Origin: Felis catus
Taxonomy: Eukaryota
Direction: 5' to 3'
Length of the DNA stretch: 64,000 nt
Assembly: GCF_018350175.1 (NCBI RefSeq)
Contig: NC_058368.1
Span: 95,358,001 to 95,422,000 of the forward strand
Numbering within the stretch: the stretch's first letter is position 1; each line of letters starts with the position of its first letter. The position numbers and the translations under genes were made by a program. Positions 23,661 to 36,560 of the stretch are shown here, piece after piece. Below the pieces are notes generated by a model. That model did not search any database. It saw nothing but the letters and a program-made list of their open reading frames with translations, and was not told where the DNA came from.

Positions 23661-25130
23661 AGGTTTTTAAATTACTTCTTATAAAAATATGTTTTGTTCC
23701 TGGGTGGAATCTTCTCAGCCATAGCAAATTCGTTAATGCAGACGCTTTTAGGTTGATAAACTCAAGGTAAGTGCTCATTGTCGAAGGAAGATGGGATCTC
23801 TGCGTAAAAAGACAAAGAATAATTATAATGGATGTAAGTGTATGATTTCAAGTTCCAGATGTTTGCTTTTCACAGTGGGTTTAAAAGAAAAATGAACCCA
23901 ACCAACACCTTCCATAAGTCTTAGCTTAAGCAGAGAAAGTGACTTTACTGAAAACTAATCAGAAAGAGCATACTGAATATAGCCCGAACCAGCTCTAGGA
24001 AATCTGAACTTGAAATTAACTTAAAATTCCATTACGGTATTAACACTGAGTATCTTTGTAGCACGGTATTGCCCAGAGCTTCCTAATCATCTGAGCTATG
24101 CCCCTTCCTCACTTTTCAAATCCCATGTGCTCACTGTCCAGTTCCAAGAATCTTTTTAGGAACTCATGTTCCATTTTACCGACGCTATTCGGATATGGCA
24201 GAGAGCGAGAAAAAAATCTTAGCCTCTTGAGTTATTTCTCAGGAGGAGCCTGGACCCTATTCCCATAGTTTCAGAGGCTGTATTTTTATGTCTGTGCCAC
24301 AGCTGTGCTAAGGCTTACAATCAGAATTTAGCAACACGCTGACTCGCCAAAGGGATTTTACAGTAGACACCGACTTGTAAGCCCTGTGCCCTCTGGTAAA
24401 ATTAAATACTACACGGATGCTTAGCATTCCCAGGCTCCTGCCGTAGGGCCTCGCACTTCAGTCTGTGTGAAGGGCAGAGAAGCCTGGAAAGTTTTGGAGG
24501 CCCTGAGCACTTCTGTGAAGATGAAAGGCACCATTGCTAACATTATTCATGAAAAAATATGAAAGGTCATCGATCTCTCTTAAGGCTCATTTGGCGCACT
24601 TTTAATGAGTGATGGATGACCTGCGAAGGGATCGTTGCGAAGGGGCTGTGCCCTGTGCAGGTTTGGATGAGTGCCATCGCTCCGAAACAGATCCACATAT
24701 TTTCCCCATCTTTCCCCATCACGGCTTTTCCCACTGATGGTCTTCAGACCCTCTCCTTTCCTTTTTTTTTTTTCTTGGCATTTAGGAAATTTTATTTCTC
24801 TCCAGACTCCTTGTTCATATTCCCTTGTATGTGACCTCTCTTTGAATAACCTTTTAAGTGGTTTAGCTGCCCATCCTCCCCCACGTTTCATACCCACTTT
24901 CCTTCATTCCCGAAGCCTTCCCCTCTTTGAGGCCCGCACTCGGTTCTCCTGAAGGCCACTTCACTCAGCCACACCTCTTGGTGTGTTCTACGTGTCCAGA
25001 TAATCTTGATCTACTTTCTTTGGCTTACTCTCTGCTTTCAGAGGAGCAGAGATGGGCAAGATCAGCGTCTTGCCCAGGACAGTCAAGAATACTGCAAGGT
25101 CAAGTCCTCATAGAGGGAGGAGAATCTTCT

Positions 25131-25321
25131 TCTTTTTTAAATGTATATTTACTTAATTTTGAGAGAGAGAGAGAGAGTACAAATGGGAGAGGGACTGAGA
25201 GAGAGGGAGAGAGTCCCAAGCGGGGTCTGCGCTGATAGTTCAGACTCATGGGCCATGAGATCATGACCTGAATGAAAAATCAAAAGTTGGGCAGTTAACT
25301 GACCCAGGCACCCAGGCACCC
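25131..25321 (-). mobile_element. CAN-SINE
   Basis: TSD gagggaggagaatct. Confidence 0.9.
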
Positions 25322-26005
25322 TGAGGGAGGAGAATCTAAAAGCAGAGAAGCTGTCTGCTGTCTGCTGGTGGTACTTTGGCCCAAAGCATCCACTGGGACA
25401 AAGAATGGAGAAAGGGCAAGACTGTGAGTGGCATCAAAGGGGATCAAACCATTGGGACTAAAAGAGAGGAATTGGGAATTGGATATGCATTCAGAATAGA
25501 TGACATTTAAGAAAGAGCCTGGTTCATATCGAGCTGCCAGTGAGGTTAGACTTGAGAGCCAACGTAGTCTCATGGATAAAATGCAGGCATGGAGTCTGTA
25601 GTCATTACGGGTCCTCAAGAGGGTTACATAATTCAGGCAATCGGCTAATTGCTGAATTAGAATGACTCCCCTGTTCCTGGTGGGCAGGATCCATAAGGTC
25701 TTATGAGACGCCTATAAAGCAAATGGGGCCCAGCCTCCAAATCTCTGGTTTCCCTGCCGTGGCTCAAATTCTTACACGGGTGGTGGGGGTGCCAATACCG
25801 TGAGACCAAGGTAAACAGGGCTCAGCTGTTGGCACCTGGCAGCCTTTACCTCCTAGGAATTAAATCCGGAGGCTGTGAAACCAACCAAAGGAAGCCAAAC
25901 TCACCAGGAGAAAGGAATCATGAAAATAGTGAGATTAGAAATTTCCAGAAGTCATTTGGAATTCCCCCTTTTTTTTCCTTTTTGACTATGTATATTCTTT
26001 TGGTC

Positions 26006-26211
26006 TTTTTTTAACGTTCATTTATTTTTGAGACAGAGAGAGAGCATGAACGGGGGAGGGTCAGAGAGAGGGAGACACAGAATCTGAAGCAGGCTCCAGG
26101 CTCTGAGCTGTCAGCACAGAGCCCGACGCGGGGCTCGAACTCACGGACCGCGCGAGATCATGACCTGAGCCGAAGTCGGCCGCTTAACCGACTGAGCCAC
26201 CCAGGTGCCCC
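26006..26211 (-). mobile_element. SINEC_Fc
   Basis: TSD tcttttggtctttttt. Confidence 0.95.
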
Positions 26212-26221
26212 TCTTTTGGTC

Positions 26222-26434
26222 TTTTTTTAAAAAACAATTGTTTATTCATTTTTGAGAGAGAGAGAGAGAGTGCATGAGCTGGGGAAGGGGCAGAGAGAGA
26301 GAGGGAAACACAGAATCCAAAGCAGGCTTCATGCTCTGAGCTGTCAGCACAGAGCCCGCGTTGGGGCTTGAACCCACAAACCCTGACCTGAGCCGCAGTC
26401 GGATGCTTAACCGACTCAACCGCCCAGGCACCCC
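26222..26434 (-). mobile_element. CAN-SINE
   Basis: Full body. Confidence 0.92.
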
Positions 26435-27032
26435 TTCTTTTTCTCTTTTCAGTGGAAAAAAGCCCACTGATTGCCCTCATCGCTCTCCTGGCTAATTGCA
26501 TTGACTGTGACTATGTGCACACACATGTATACATTCTTGTGAGTACTGTCATTTTTGTGTGGGCAGGCATTCTTTTGCGGGCATCACATGTGCGGGGCTG
26601 TTCATGTCGCAGTGACGGAACAGCTGCTTTTCAAAGCTTCCTGTTTCTTTCAGTCACACTGGTGACAACTTTCTGTGATCCTCCTTAGAGAAGTATTTGA
26701 CCCTGCCTCCCTCTCCTTCCAGGGTCCCTAAACCGCGATGTTTTTTCTGGTTGCGGGCCACGTTCGTTTTCTGGAAGCTCAGGAGGGGTCTAGACCTTCC
26801 TCTTGCAAAAGTCAGAAATGAATACATGGCACAGCAGGGCACCATGGGCACGAGGTTGCCCCAACCCAAAGAAAAGTGCAACACGGGAGAAGTGTGTTTT
26901 GGGGTGTGGTCTGGCTACATCCATTCTCTTCACTGTCTTCATGTTCCTCATCAGTGTCCTGTCCTTCCTCTTCCTCTCTTGTTTGTGCTCCCACACATAC
27001 ATGCCCCTCTTCCCAGTTGAGTATTCGGGAGG

Positions 27033-27033
<1 letters not shown>

Positions 27034-27074
<41 letters not shown>

Positions 27075-27135
27075 TCTGTCTTTCTTTCTTTCTTTCTTCC
27101 TTCTTTCTTTCTTTCCTTCTTTTTTTTTTTTTTTT
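27034..27135. repeat. (TTTC)n microsatellite derived from a SINE tail
   Basis: Long CTTT run ending in polyT. Confidence 0.92.
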
Positions 27136-27462
27136 TAAGGAGGCTCGATGCCCAGCAGGACTTGAACTCACGACCTGAGATCAAGAACTGAGCTGAGGGG
27201 CACCTGGGTGGCTCAGTCGGTCAAGCGTCTGACTCTTGATTTTGGCGCAAGTCGTGATCTCACAGATTGTGAGTTCGAGCTCCGGGTCGTGCTCTGTGCT
27301 GACAGCACAGAGCCTGCTAGGGATTCCCTTTCTCCCTCTCTCTCTGCCCCTCTCCTGCACACTCTCCTTCAAAATAAATAAATAAACATGAAAAAAATTT
27401 TTAAAAAAAGCAACGAGCTAAGGTCAATAGATGCTTAACCGATTGAGCCACTCAGGTGCCCC
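27136..27462 (-). mobile_element. Short old CAN-SINE split by a nested SINE
   Basis: cttgaactcacgacctgagatcaag...resumes gatgcttaaccgattgagccactcaggtgcccc. Confidence 0.8.
27197..27409 (+). mobile_element. Nested CAN-SINE
   Basis: Full body; degenerate TSD aagaactgagctga/aagcaacgagctaa. Confidence 0.92.
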
Positions 27463-27663
27463 TGGAGCCTTCATTTCTGCTAGCTAGTCCTAGGTCGCGC
27501 TGTAAGGTAGGAACTTCCTGTGTAACTTGTGGATAGATCCAAACAGATGGGTTAGGGACAGACAGATGACACTTTACCCTTTCCAGGTACTATATTTACA
27601 TAACTGGAGATACAATGTCATAACCAAAGGCTGGTGCAAGTATGGATTGATAAAAAAAACTCT

Positions 27664-27878
27664 GGGGCACCTGGGTGGCCGTCCGTTAAGCATCCCACCC
27701 TATCTCGGCTCAGGTCACCATCTCACGGTTTGTGAGTTCGAGCCTAGCGTCGGGCTCTGTGCTGATGGTGCAGAGGTGGCTTGGGATTCTGTCTCTCCTT
27801 CTCTCTGCCTCTCCCCCACTTGTGCTCCCTCTCTCTCTCTCTCTCTGAAAATAAATAAATATACCTAAGAAAAAATTA
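27664..27878 (+). mobile_element. CAN-SINE
   Basis: Full body. Confidence 0.92.
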
Positions 27879-28777
27879 AGAGGAAATCTGCTGCCATAGC
27901 GTACTGGGATCGGAGACAGCAGACATCTGAGACAGCCTTTCCGGGGCTGGTGATACACCCCTACAAAACCTCGCTGGTCCATGACTGAAGTGAGCTGAGC
28001 CGACCTGCCTGCTCCAGGATGAGAGCACACTGCTCTGAACTCTATGGGACCTACTGCCCTCGCCCGTGAATCCGCACGGATGCTCAGAAACCTGCCGCGG
28101 TAGCTCCTTGCCGTATAAATCGATAAAGGAAGATCACGGAAGTGTATCGTGTCCACCGAGGAGTTCAGCTTCCTTTCTGGGAGAGCCGTTCTAGGTTGTG
28201 ATCATAATGGGATATTAACTTGCTTTATGGTGTATGCCGGGATATTTTTCATTCTCCTTGCCAGAGGAGGCAGCTGTCTTTACCAATAAATCTTGCAAAG
28301 TTTGCCACTTTTGAGGAGTCATCTGGTTCAAAGCAGAAGAGTTCTTATAACCTCGGGAAAAAAAAACATTCAAAATCTCTGCTCTCTCTTCAATATCCTC
28401 AGAGCCAGACATGCTAAAACCGTATTTAGTATTCCACGCCTCACGTTCTGGCAGGAAAAATGTCCCTCCTAAGAGCTAACTTGAATCTTTTTTGCCACGA
28501 TTTAAGCTGTTTTCTGAGAGGCTAAAGCGCGAGTCTGAGAAATTGAAATCATTTCTACAGACCAAGGGAGGCCAATATGTCTACAGAGACTGGTTAGCAG
28601 GATACAAAGTGTCCTTAGAACCCTTCTGGCCGCGACATCTTTCCATCTGGACCACTTCCCCCTTGTGATCCTTTGGGATTCTGGATCTTTCCATCAATGA
28701 CTTCTGAAGGGACAGAGAGTAAAGACAGTATTCCCTCTGACTTTTCTGGCCACTGTAGATTTGAGTATATATTAAAA

Positions 28778-28980
28778 ATTTTTTTTTAATGTTTATTTTT
28801 GATTGAGAGAGAGACAAAGCATGAGTGGGGGAGGAGCAGAGAGAGAGGGAGACACAATCCGAAGCAGGCTCCAGGCTCTGAGCAGTCAGCACAGAGCCAG
28901 ACGCGGGGCTTGAACCCACAGTGAGATCATGACCGGAGCCGCAGTTGGACGCTTAACCGACTGAACCACCCAGGCGCCCC
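28778..28980 (-). mobile_element. CAN-SINE
   Basis: Full body. Confidence 0.93.
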
Positions 28981-30467
28981 TTTGAGGTTGTATTTTAGAA
29001 GAAAAGAAGGCAATGAAGATACTCCTGAGAGGACCCTAGCGTGACAGGGCCAGACTGGGAGCCTTCCTCCCCTGCAGAAGGAGAGAGCCTCACTCAGTGA
29101 CCACAAGGTCTGCTCAGCTTGGCCACTGTCCAAGGGTCCCCAGCCTCCCCGTTAACCTCTGCGTGGCTTTTTTGCACCTGCTTTCTCTCCACTGGATTCT
29201 TCAGTGGGCACTGGGCTCAGCGGCTCAGATTTTAGGCCTGCGCGGAGGAGGCAGTCCGCCACTGAGCGCCCGGGGCAGCCAGAGCTCATTAGCTTTTAAG
29301 AGCAGACCTCCACCAGACAGGCAGGAGTCTAAAGCGTAAATAGAGGTGCTGGCCCTGGAATTTTTTTTTTTTTAAAGGCCCCGGAGGGGTCTGTTCACCG
29401 GTGTTTGAATTGCTATAGAAAAGCTCTGTGAAACTCCAAATTAAACCAAGCTGACCCCTTTCACAGCCCAAGTTATTTACAGTTCACGGGTCTTTGGAGG
29501 GTTCTAGTTTGAATGCAGTTGAAAACAGGTCCCGGGGTTGGCAAAGGTGGCCTACTGTGGGGCTATTTGCATCACACTACCTTGCTTTCCTTTGGTGTGG
29601 GAGAATGCTGGGAGACGGAAGCCAAAGATGTGGTCTCCTTGTAAACAGGCCTTTGCTTTTTGCTGTGTTTTTGTTTTTGTTGTTGTTTTTCAGCAAAGCA
29701 AAGGCGCCGGTAGGAACACCTAAGAAAGAGCCAACTCCTAGAAAGCAAACAGCCGAGTTCTCCCTCTAATTAAATGCATTCCTCGGAATAACAACTAAGG
29801 GGTAGGAAGGAAACCCGGGAGCCCCCCCATCCCCCGCCGCAACTGGTTCCCCCTGCAGCCTTAACAATCGGACCAGTCAAGAAGACTGGCGCTGATTATA
29901 GCGCCCAGTTTCCCATTTTGCTCCGTGCTGGGAGAGTAATTAAGTTGAATAGCTTTCAGAGCCTGAGATCTGGTCTGTGTCAGACTCCAATCCACTGCTG
30001 GTTCAGGTCGGTGCATCCGTGCCGTGAACTCCCGCTCCCGCTCATACTGGGTTTGTACCAAGGGAAAGAGCTGCATGGGGGAGATCCCGAACTACTCCCC
30101 CAACGCCCCCCTCCCTCCATCCTCATTTCCTGTGAGAATGCGAGTCTTCACCCCCACCCCCACCCCATTGGTAAGGTCAGGGGCTGCTGATACTTAAAAC
30201 CAACTTTTGGTGACTTATCACGGAAAGGAGGGGGGCTGGCCAAGAGATAAACCTGAATTGAATCACAATCACTGGAAAGCAGATTTCATGATAATACTGA
30301 GGAAGTTGCCCTGTAGGGTCAGGGAAGTTTGGAGTAGAGGGCCAGATAACTTCCTATCTGCAAATAAAATAAGGCGCTCACATCCTTCACTGGTTTTCTC
30401 CTTTATACACAATGCCCTTCGAAGCCCATCCCTGCCTCCCTTGTAGGTAGGAAAGTAAAGCAGGTGT

Positions 30468-30945
30468 TGTAGGGGCTGAGGGCAGGCCGCCCCAAGATAG
30501 ATAGCATGAAGATTATTTTGAGCTAAAGCAATCGAGACCCTGTAGGCTCAAGGGAAACCTCAACCCCTCCCTTAACTACAGAGAAGCATCTAGATTGGGG
30601 CTCTTTCCCAGCATAAAGGTCATGATTGGAGATAAATTTTATCTGAGTGTCCCAGCTATCAGGCAGGACAAACATCTAATTACCCTGACATCCACTCTTC
30701 TTACTCTCCTATGAAGTGCATTCGCTCCCTGTGAAGTCTCGGACCCCCACCCCATTCTCCTTAGTTCAGGGTGACGTGTACCTCATTTTGCCTGGCGGTC
30801 TTTGGCGTTTCCGTGTTGGTGTGGATTCCCTGTTACTCATGCAGTTAAGTTTGATTTTCTCCTGTTAATCTGTCTCAAGTCAATTCCATTCTTAGTCCAC
30901 TTTGAAGGACCACCAGAAGGGGACAGGAATTCCTGCCCCTTGATA
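30468..30945 (+). mobile_element. MER34-like ERV1 solo LTR
   Basis: tgtagggg...gattattttgagctaaagcaat...ttttctcctgttaatctgtct; near-TSD gtgt/gtat. Confidence 0.7.
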
Positions 30946-31429
30946 GTATGGCGGTGGGTAGCGATGGGAGGTGGGTGTGTGCGCAGGGCGTGACGGAAGT
31001 GGCTAGGAGCCCAAGAAAGTGGCAGAAGAGAGAGGAAACCATAAACTGAGTCTTGAAGTTGTTTACACCTTCCTCGGAAAATATGACGGACACCTGTGAG
31101 AAAGACATGAGAACACATTCATTCCGAAGAATGTGTCACCAGTACTTGGTACGTGGTAAGCACTGAGACAATATTGGTGAAGTGAGAGAATGATAGAGGG
31201 TAGATACAAGATGGATGGGTGGCTTGAAAGCCAAGTCCTTCAGGAGAAGAGATCGTCATCCCTGAGGGATTCGGCTGGAGGTGGAGTTAATCGTCCATCT
31301 TCCACTGGGAAGCAAACCATGGGCCAGTTTTCTTAGCGCTACAGCCAAATTTGAACAACTTAAGGGTTATGTCAATCGATTAGGTAGTGGATGGTGACTA
31401 AGCCCCTTTATTCCAACGCATTAAAATCA

Positions 31430-31737
31430 GCATAGGGAATATAGGCAGTGGTATCGTAATAGCATTGTGATGGTGACAGATGGTGACTACGCTTGAGGTG
31501 AGCGAAGCATAGTGTGTAGAGTTGTGACATCACTATGTTGTACACCTGAAACTAATGAAATACTCGTGGATGTTGGGTTAACTAATGTAACTAACGTAGT
31601 TAGTTATACTATATCCAGTATACTGATGCTATATAATATATACAGTATCCTAATGCTAGTATACTATATACAATATACACTATATATATGTATACAGTAT
31701 ACTAGTATGTTGTAACTACACTTCAATACAAAAAAAT
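31430..31737 (+). mobile_element. L1 3' terminal fragment with internal AT-rich expansion
   Basis: ggtgacagatggtgactac...cactatgttgtacacctgaaactaat...caactacacttcaataca-polyA. Confidence 0.82.
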
Positions 31738-31821
31738 ACTCTTTTAAGCTCCAAGCAAAGATAAGTTGGTGCATATGATAATTATAAATGAATGAATTAT
31801 AAAATGTGGAAATTAAAAAAA

Positions 31822-32023
31822 ATATTAGTGTTTATTATTTTTAAGAGAGAGAGAGAAAACAAGTGGGCAGGGGCTAAGAAAAAGGGAGACACAGAATCCG
31901 AAGCAGGTTCCAGGCTCTGAGCTGTTAGCACAGAGCCCGACACAGGGCTTGAACTCAGAGACCTCGAGATAATGACCTAAGCCAAAGTCGGACACTTAAC
32001 CGACTGAGCCACCCAGGTGCCCC
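31822..32023 (-). mobile_element. CAN-SINE
   Basis: TSD atgtggaaatt. Confidence 0.93.
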
Positions 32024-32616
32024 AGATGTGGAAATTTTAGAGTATCACTTTTACGTTGTCTCAGGACAGACCCAAGGAGAACATGGTGGCTTGGCAGCCA
32101 AGAAAGTAATGACCAAGAGGATGGGAATGGAACGCTAAGGGTGGGAGAACAAAATCATTCTATCTCGTGTGTTTAACATCGAGACTAGAGATATCCAAGT
32201 GGGAATCAACAGTTTTCCTGGACCTGTAGTCAATCTTCGAAGATCCAGGTCACATGTTGTTCTCTCTGGGAAACCTTCCCAACATGTAATTATTCCTTTC
32301 TCTGTAATTCCCCAGAGCTTCAGACTGCATTGCAATGATTTGCCTCCTTTTGCAAGAGCAAGAAACCAGCCCATGTTAGCAGTCAACAAGTGTTTGTTCC
32401 TTACTGGACGGGAACTATGCTGGCGTCCTTCAAACGAACTGTCTTATGTGATCTTTGCAACAACCCTTTTATTCTCATTGCGTGTTTGAGAACCTCAGGC
32501 TAAGAGAGCATGCGATACACGTGGTAAGTGGCAAAGGCAGGCTTAAAAACCAGAATTTTCCCAACAACGGGTTTATTGCTGTTTACTCCATGGCAACCCT
32601 ATTCTCTAGCCCAGTT

Positions 32617-32855
32617 CTTTTTCTTCTTTTTTTTTTCAAAAATTTTTAATGTTTATTTTTTGAGAGAGAGAGAGAGAGAGAGAGACGGTGCAAGTGGTGA
32701 AGGGATAGAGGGAGAATGAGACACAGAATCTGAAACAGGCTCCAGGCTCTGAGCTGTCAGCACAGAGCCTGAAATGGGGCTCGAACTCACAAACCATGAG
32801 ATCATGACCTGAGCTGAAGTTGGACGCTTAACTGACTGAGCTACCCCAGTGCCCC
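32617..32855 (-). mobile_element. CAN-SINE
   Basis: TSD ctctag(cc/tg)cagttc. Confidence 0.93.
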
Positions 32856-33025
32856 TCTAGTGCAGTTCCTTATAACCGGATCCTTTATAAAAGGATCTTT
32901 ATAAAAGGATCATCATGTAGCCATAGATGAAATTTAAAAATTTTTCTTAGCTGCATTAAAAAATGAAAAAAAAAACAAATGAGATTAAATGCTTATGATA
33001 ATATTTTTATTTCATTTTATTCTTA

Positions 33026-33232
33026 ATTTTTTTTTAAATTTTAGAGAGAACGTGTGAGTCGGGGAAAGGGACGGGGTGGGGGGGCAGTAGTAGAGAGAGA
33101 GAAAGACAATTCCAAGCAGGCTCCATGCTGAATGCAGAGCCTGACATGGAGCCTGATGTGGGGCTTGATCTATGACCCTGGGATCATGACCTTAGCTGAA
33201 ATCAAGAGTCAGACACTCAATCGACTGAGCCA
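33026..33232 (-). mobile_element. CAN-SINE
   Basis: Full body. Confidence 0.88.
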
Positions 33233-33234
33233 TA

Positions 33235-34720
33235 CATTTTTATTTTAGAATAGCTTTAGATTTACAGAAAAGTTGTGGCTGTAGTAGACAGATTCCTGTG
33301 TGCCCTATGCCTAATTTTCCTAGTATGGTGTGTCTGTCATAATGAATAAGCCCATAATGATTCGTTATTTTTAACATCCATGCTTTACACAGATTTCCTT
33401 TCTTTTTACCTAATGCCTTTCTTTCTGCTCCAGGACCCCACCTAGGACATCCACCCTGTCTTTTTAGCTTCTTTTCACTGTGATGGTTTCTGAGACTTTT
33501 TGCTTTGATGATTTTGACATTTGGAGGGTATTGGTCAGTATTTTGGAGGAGGTCCCTGAACTGGACTGAACATGTCTCATGTTTTTCTCATGATTATACA
33601 GGGGTTGTGATGTTGTGATTTGTAGTAAGAAATGCATGTTTGGCCTTCATCCCCAGCTTTGGTGCAGAGCCCCTAAAACTCTTAGAATTTCCTAAGTGAA
33701 GACAGCCAGAAAGGTGTCTTGATATTCTTTAAAAGCAAAAACCAAAAACCAAAAACCAAAAACCTTTCAACCACACCTGAGTTTATGTTAGTGAGGTGAC
33801 TTTTGGTAAGTACCTAAGGATGGGGGCCGGTTGCCAGGGGAACCAGTCATGTGATTGAAGGTTTGGACCTTTCAGTACCCCACCCCTCCCCACCTCTGAG
33901 GGAGGAGGGAGGGGCTGGAGGTTGAACCAGCTGCTAATGTCCAATGACTTCATCATGCCTATATAACGAGTCTCCATAAAAACCCAAAAGGATGCGATTC
34001 AGAGAGCTTTCACGATGGTGAACCAGATCAGCTCTGTGTGCAGACCCCCAGACTCCCTAGGGGGACAGATACATCTAGCTCTTCATTCCCATCCATTAAT
34101 ATACTTTGTAATAAGCTGGTAATCTAGTACGTACACTATTTCTCTGAGTTCTATGAACCATTCTACCGAATCAGTAGAACCTGAGAAGGGGGTCTATAGT
34201 TGTTGGTCCAAAGCACTGGTGACAGCGAGGATGTGAGATTGGTGTCTGACGTGGGGCAGGGGAGCGGTCAGTCCTGTAGGACCTCACTCTGTGGGATCTG
34301 ATGCTATCTCCAGGTAAATTGTATGAGAATTGAATTAATTGTTCGGTGTTAATGTTGACAAACACACATACCGTAGAGGTTCGGGATGTCTGGGAGGAAG
34401 ACCACTGAAGTATGTTGCCAATGTCATCACTTCATATCAAGGGTACATGCTCTCAACAGGACTCACCGCAGAGGTTAACCTTGATCACCTGAGGTGGTAT
34501 TTTTCGCGTATCTCCACTGCCAAGTTACTCCCTCAGCCCTTTCTGTATTGTACCTCTTGGAAGGAAGACTTAAGGGGTAGGATAGTTATGTTCGACTTCC
34601 TTAACAGGAGAGCATCTCCATAAATCATTTGGAATTCTGTGTGGGAGATTTACCTATTCTCCTTCATTTATGTATTTACTGAAGATAAATAAAACCATCA
34701 TTTATTTAGATCACTATAGA
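33235..34720 (-). mobile_element. L1MC-like 3'UTR interrupted by a MER21 LTR
   Basis: ttttagaatagctttagatttacagaaaagttg...caggaccccacctagga; gttaaccttgatcacctg. Confidence 0.75.
33611..34370 (+). mobile_element. MER21B-like LTR
   Basis: cagagcccctaaaactcttagaatttcctaagtga...ggttgccaggggaacc...ttcagagagcttt...ctgtgggatctgatgctatctccagg. Confidence 0.8.
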
Positions 34721-35305
34721 CTCATGCCTGATAAAAATAACGTGGATATATATTTTGTTTAACCCTATAGATCAAGGCTCTTACCATTTCAAATAGGTTC
34801 CATTTAAAACATTGTTTATGAGATGTTTTAAATTTTGTTTTCAGAGAATGTCTTCAAAACCTGACACGTAATCTACACATAGCACATCTTAATTGGGATC
34901 TTAAACTTGCATCAGGAGTGCTTGGTGTGTATTTAGATTTTGCAGGATCTGCCATTGAAAAAAGTAAGTTCACACGTGCGGGTAAGTTTAATCCGTACTT
35001 AAAAGTGTTTCCAGTAATAGAAGCGGTTCCTAAAAAGTCATTTTCCTTTAATATTTGCATCCATTTGACAAATTGGCTTATTGTTTTTAGAACTGATCTG
35101 ACATAGTTTTAAAACTGAGTTGAGTGAATTCACCAACTCTTGTGTCAACTCAGTATTACTGCCATCAAATTCGAAGTGGTATTGTGTAAAATGAAAAGCC
35201 CCTTTAAATTTATTAAAATTAACATAGCATTATTCATGTTTTTCTTTTAGTGTTGGCAGCAATTTATATAAAAGCGTTTGTTACAATTAAAATCTTTGAC
35301 ATATT

Positions 35306-35518
35306 GGGGCGCCTGGGTGCCTCCATGGGTTGAACGCCCGAGGTCAGCTCAGGTCACGACCTCACGGTTTGCGAGTTTGAGCCCTATGTCGTGCTCACTG
35401 CTGTCAGCACAGAGCCTGCTTCATATCCTCTGTCGCCCCTTCTCTCTGCCCCTCCCCCGCTCATTCATTTTCTCTCTCTCAAAAAGAAATAAAAACATTG
35501 AAAAAACATTAAAAAATA
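35306..35518 (+). mobile_element. CAN-SINE
   Basis: TSD aaaatctttgacatatt. Confidence 0.94.
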
Positions 35519-36358
35519 AAATCTTTGACATATTGATTCATACTAGAAATAATGGCAAAATAATTGTTATTGAATTTTATCAAGGAAAGTTTCTATTTCA
35601 ACATACATTCCCAGACGGTATCGCTAGGCCACAAATAAGTTTTTACTTTCCTGGGAGCATCAAAGAGCATCAAATGTAACTTATTTATATGCAGTGTCAC
35701 ATCAGTGAGAAACCATAAATCACACTGTCATTTTTTTGTGACACGAATCATACTGCCACTTTTTCTGTCTTTGGTTATTGAACATTTGGCAAGCATTTCT
35801 TTTAAGAAAATCTTGAGCTAGAGTTTACAGTAAATTTTTTTAAAACCCTTCTGCAGTTCAACCGGCAAGTGTTTGCAAAGAATACAAGATCATTAAATTG
35901 TCTTCTCTTAAGAGTTTCATAAATGGATGATTTTTCATAGCACTTGGTTTGTACACAATGATTTTGACACCTCTATCCGTGACATTTTTCATAGAGCCTG
36001 CCCCCAAAAACTGATCGCAGATACCATCAATATGTATCGTACATATTGTATAAAACAATAGAGAAAACATCACTCTTTTGCTTTAAAATTCCAATAAATC
36101 CAGATTTTGGGGGGCCTAATACGGCTACAGCAATGTCTGTCATAATAAGGGCTGTTTTTCCCATATCTAGCTAAAATTCTTTGATTTAGCAGATTGAAAA
36201 ATACTGATGCCGTGAATTTGATTTTTAAGGCTGGGAACTGACATTTCTATGTAATTTTGGAAGTCCATGGAAACAAAAGGTAAGTAAAGTATTCATCAGG
36301 CAGTGACTTTATCACACAACTCAACTAAAACTAACAAAAAATATTTGCAATGTTCCCA

Positions 36359-36560
36359 ATTTTTTATGTTTAAATTTTTATTAATTTTTGAGAGACAGAA
36401 AGAGAGTGGGGGAGTGGGCAGAGAGAGAGGGAGACAGAGGATCCAAAGCGGGCTCCACACTGACAGTAGCAGCCCGATGGGGGGCTCGAACACATGAACT
36501 GCACAACCATGACCTGAATGGAAGTCGGACGCTCAACGGACTGAGCCACCCAGGTGCCCC
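36359..36560 (-). mobile_element. CAN-SINE
   Basis: Full body. Confidence 0.92.

Noticed and set aside
28215..28412. ORF containing ERAEILNVFFS, reminiscent of CR1/L3 ORF2
   Set aside because: The similarity is limited to about 10 residues with no flanking support.
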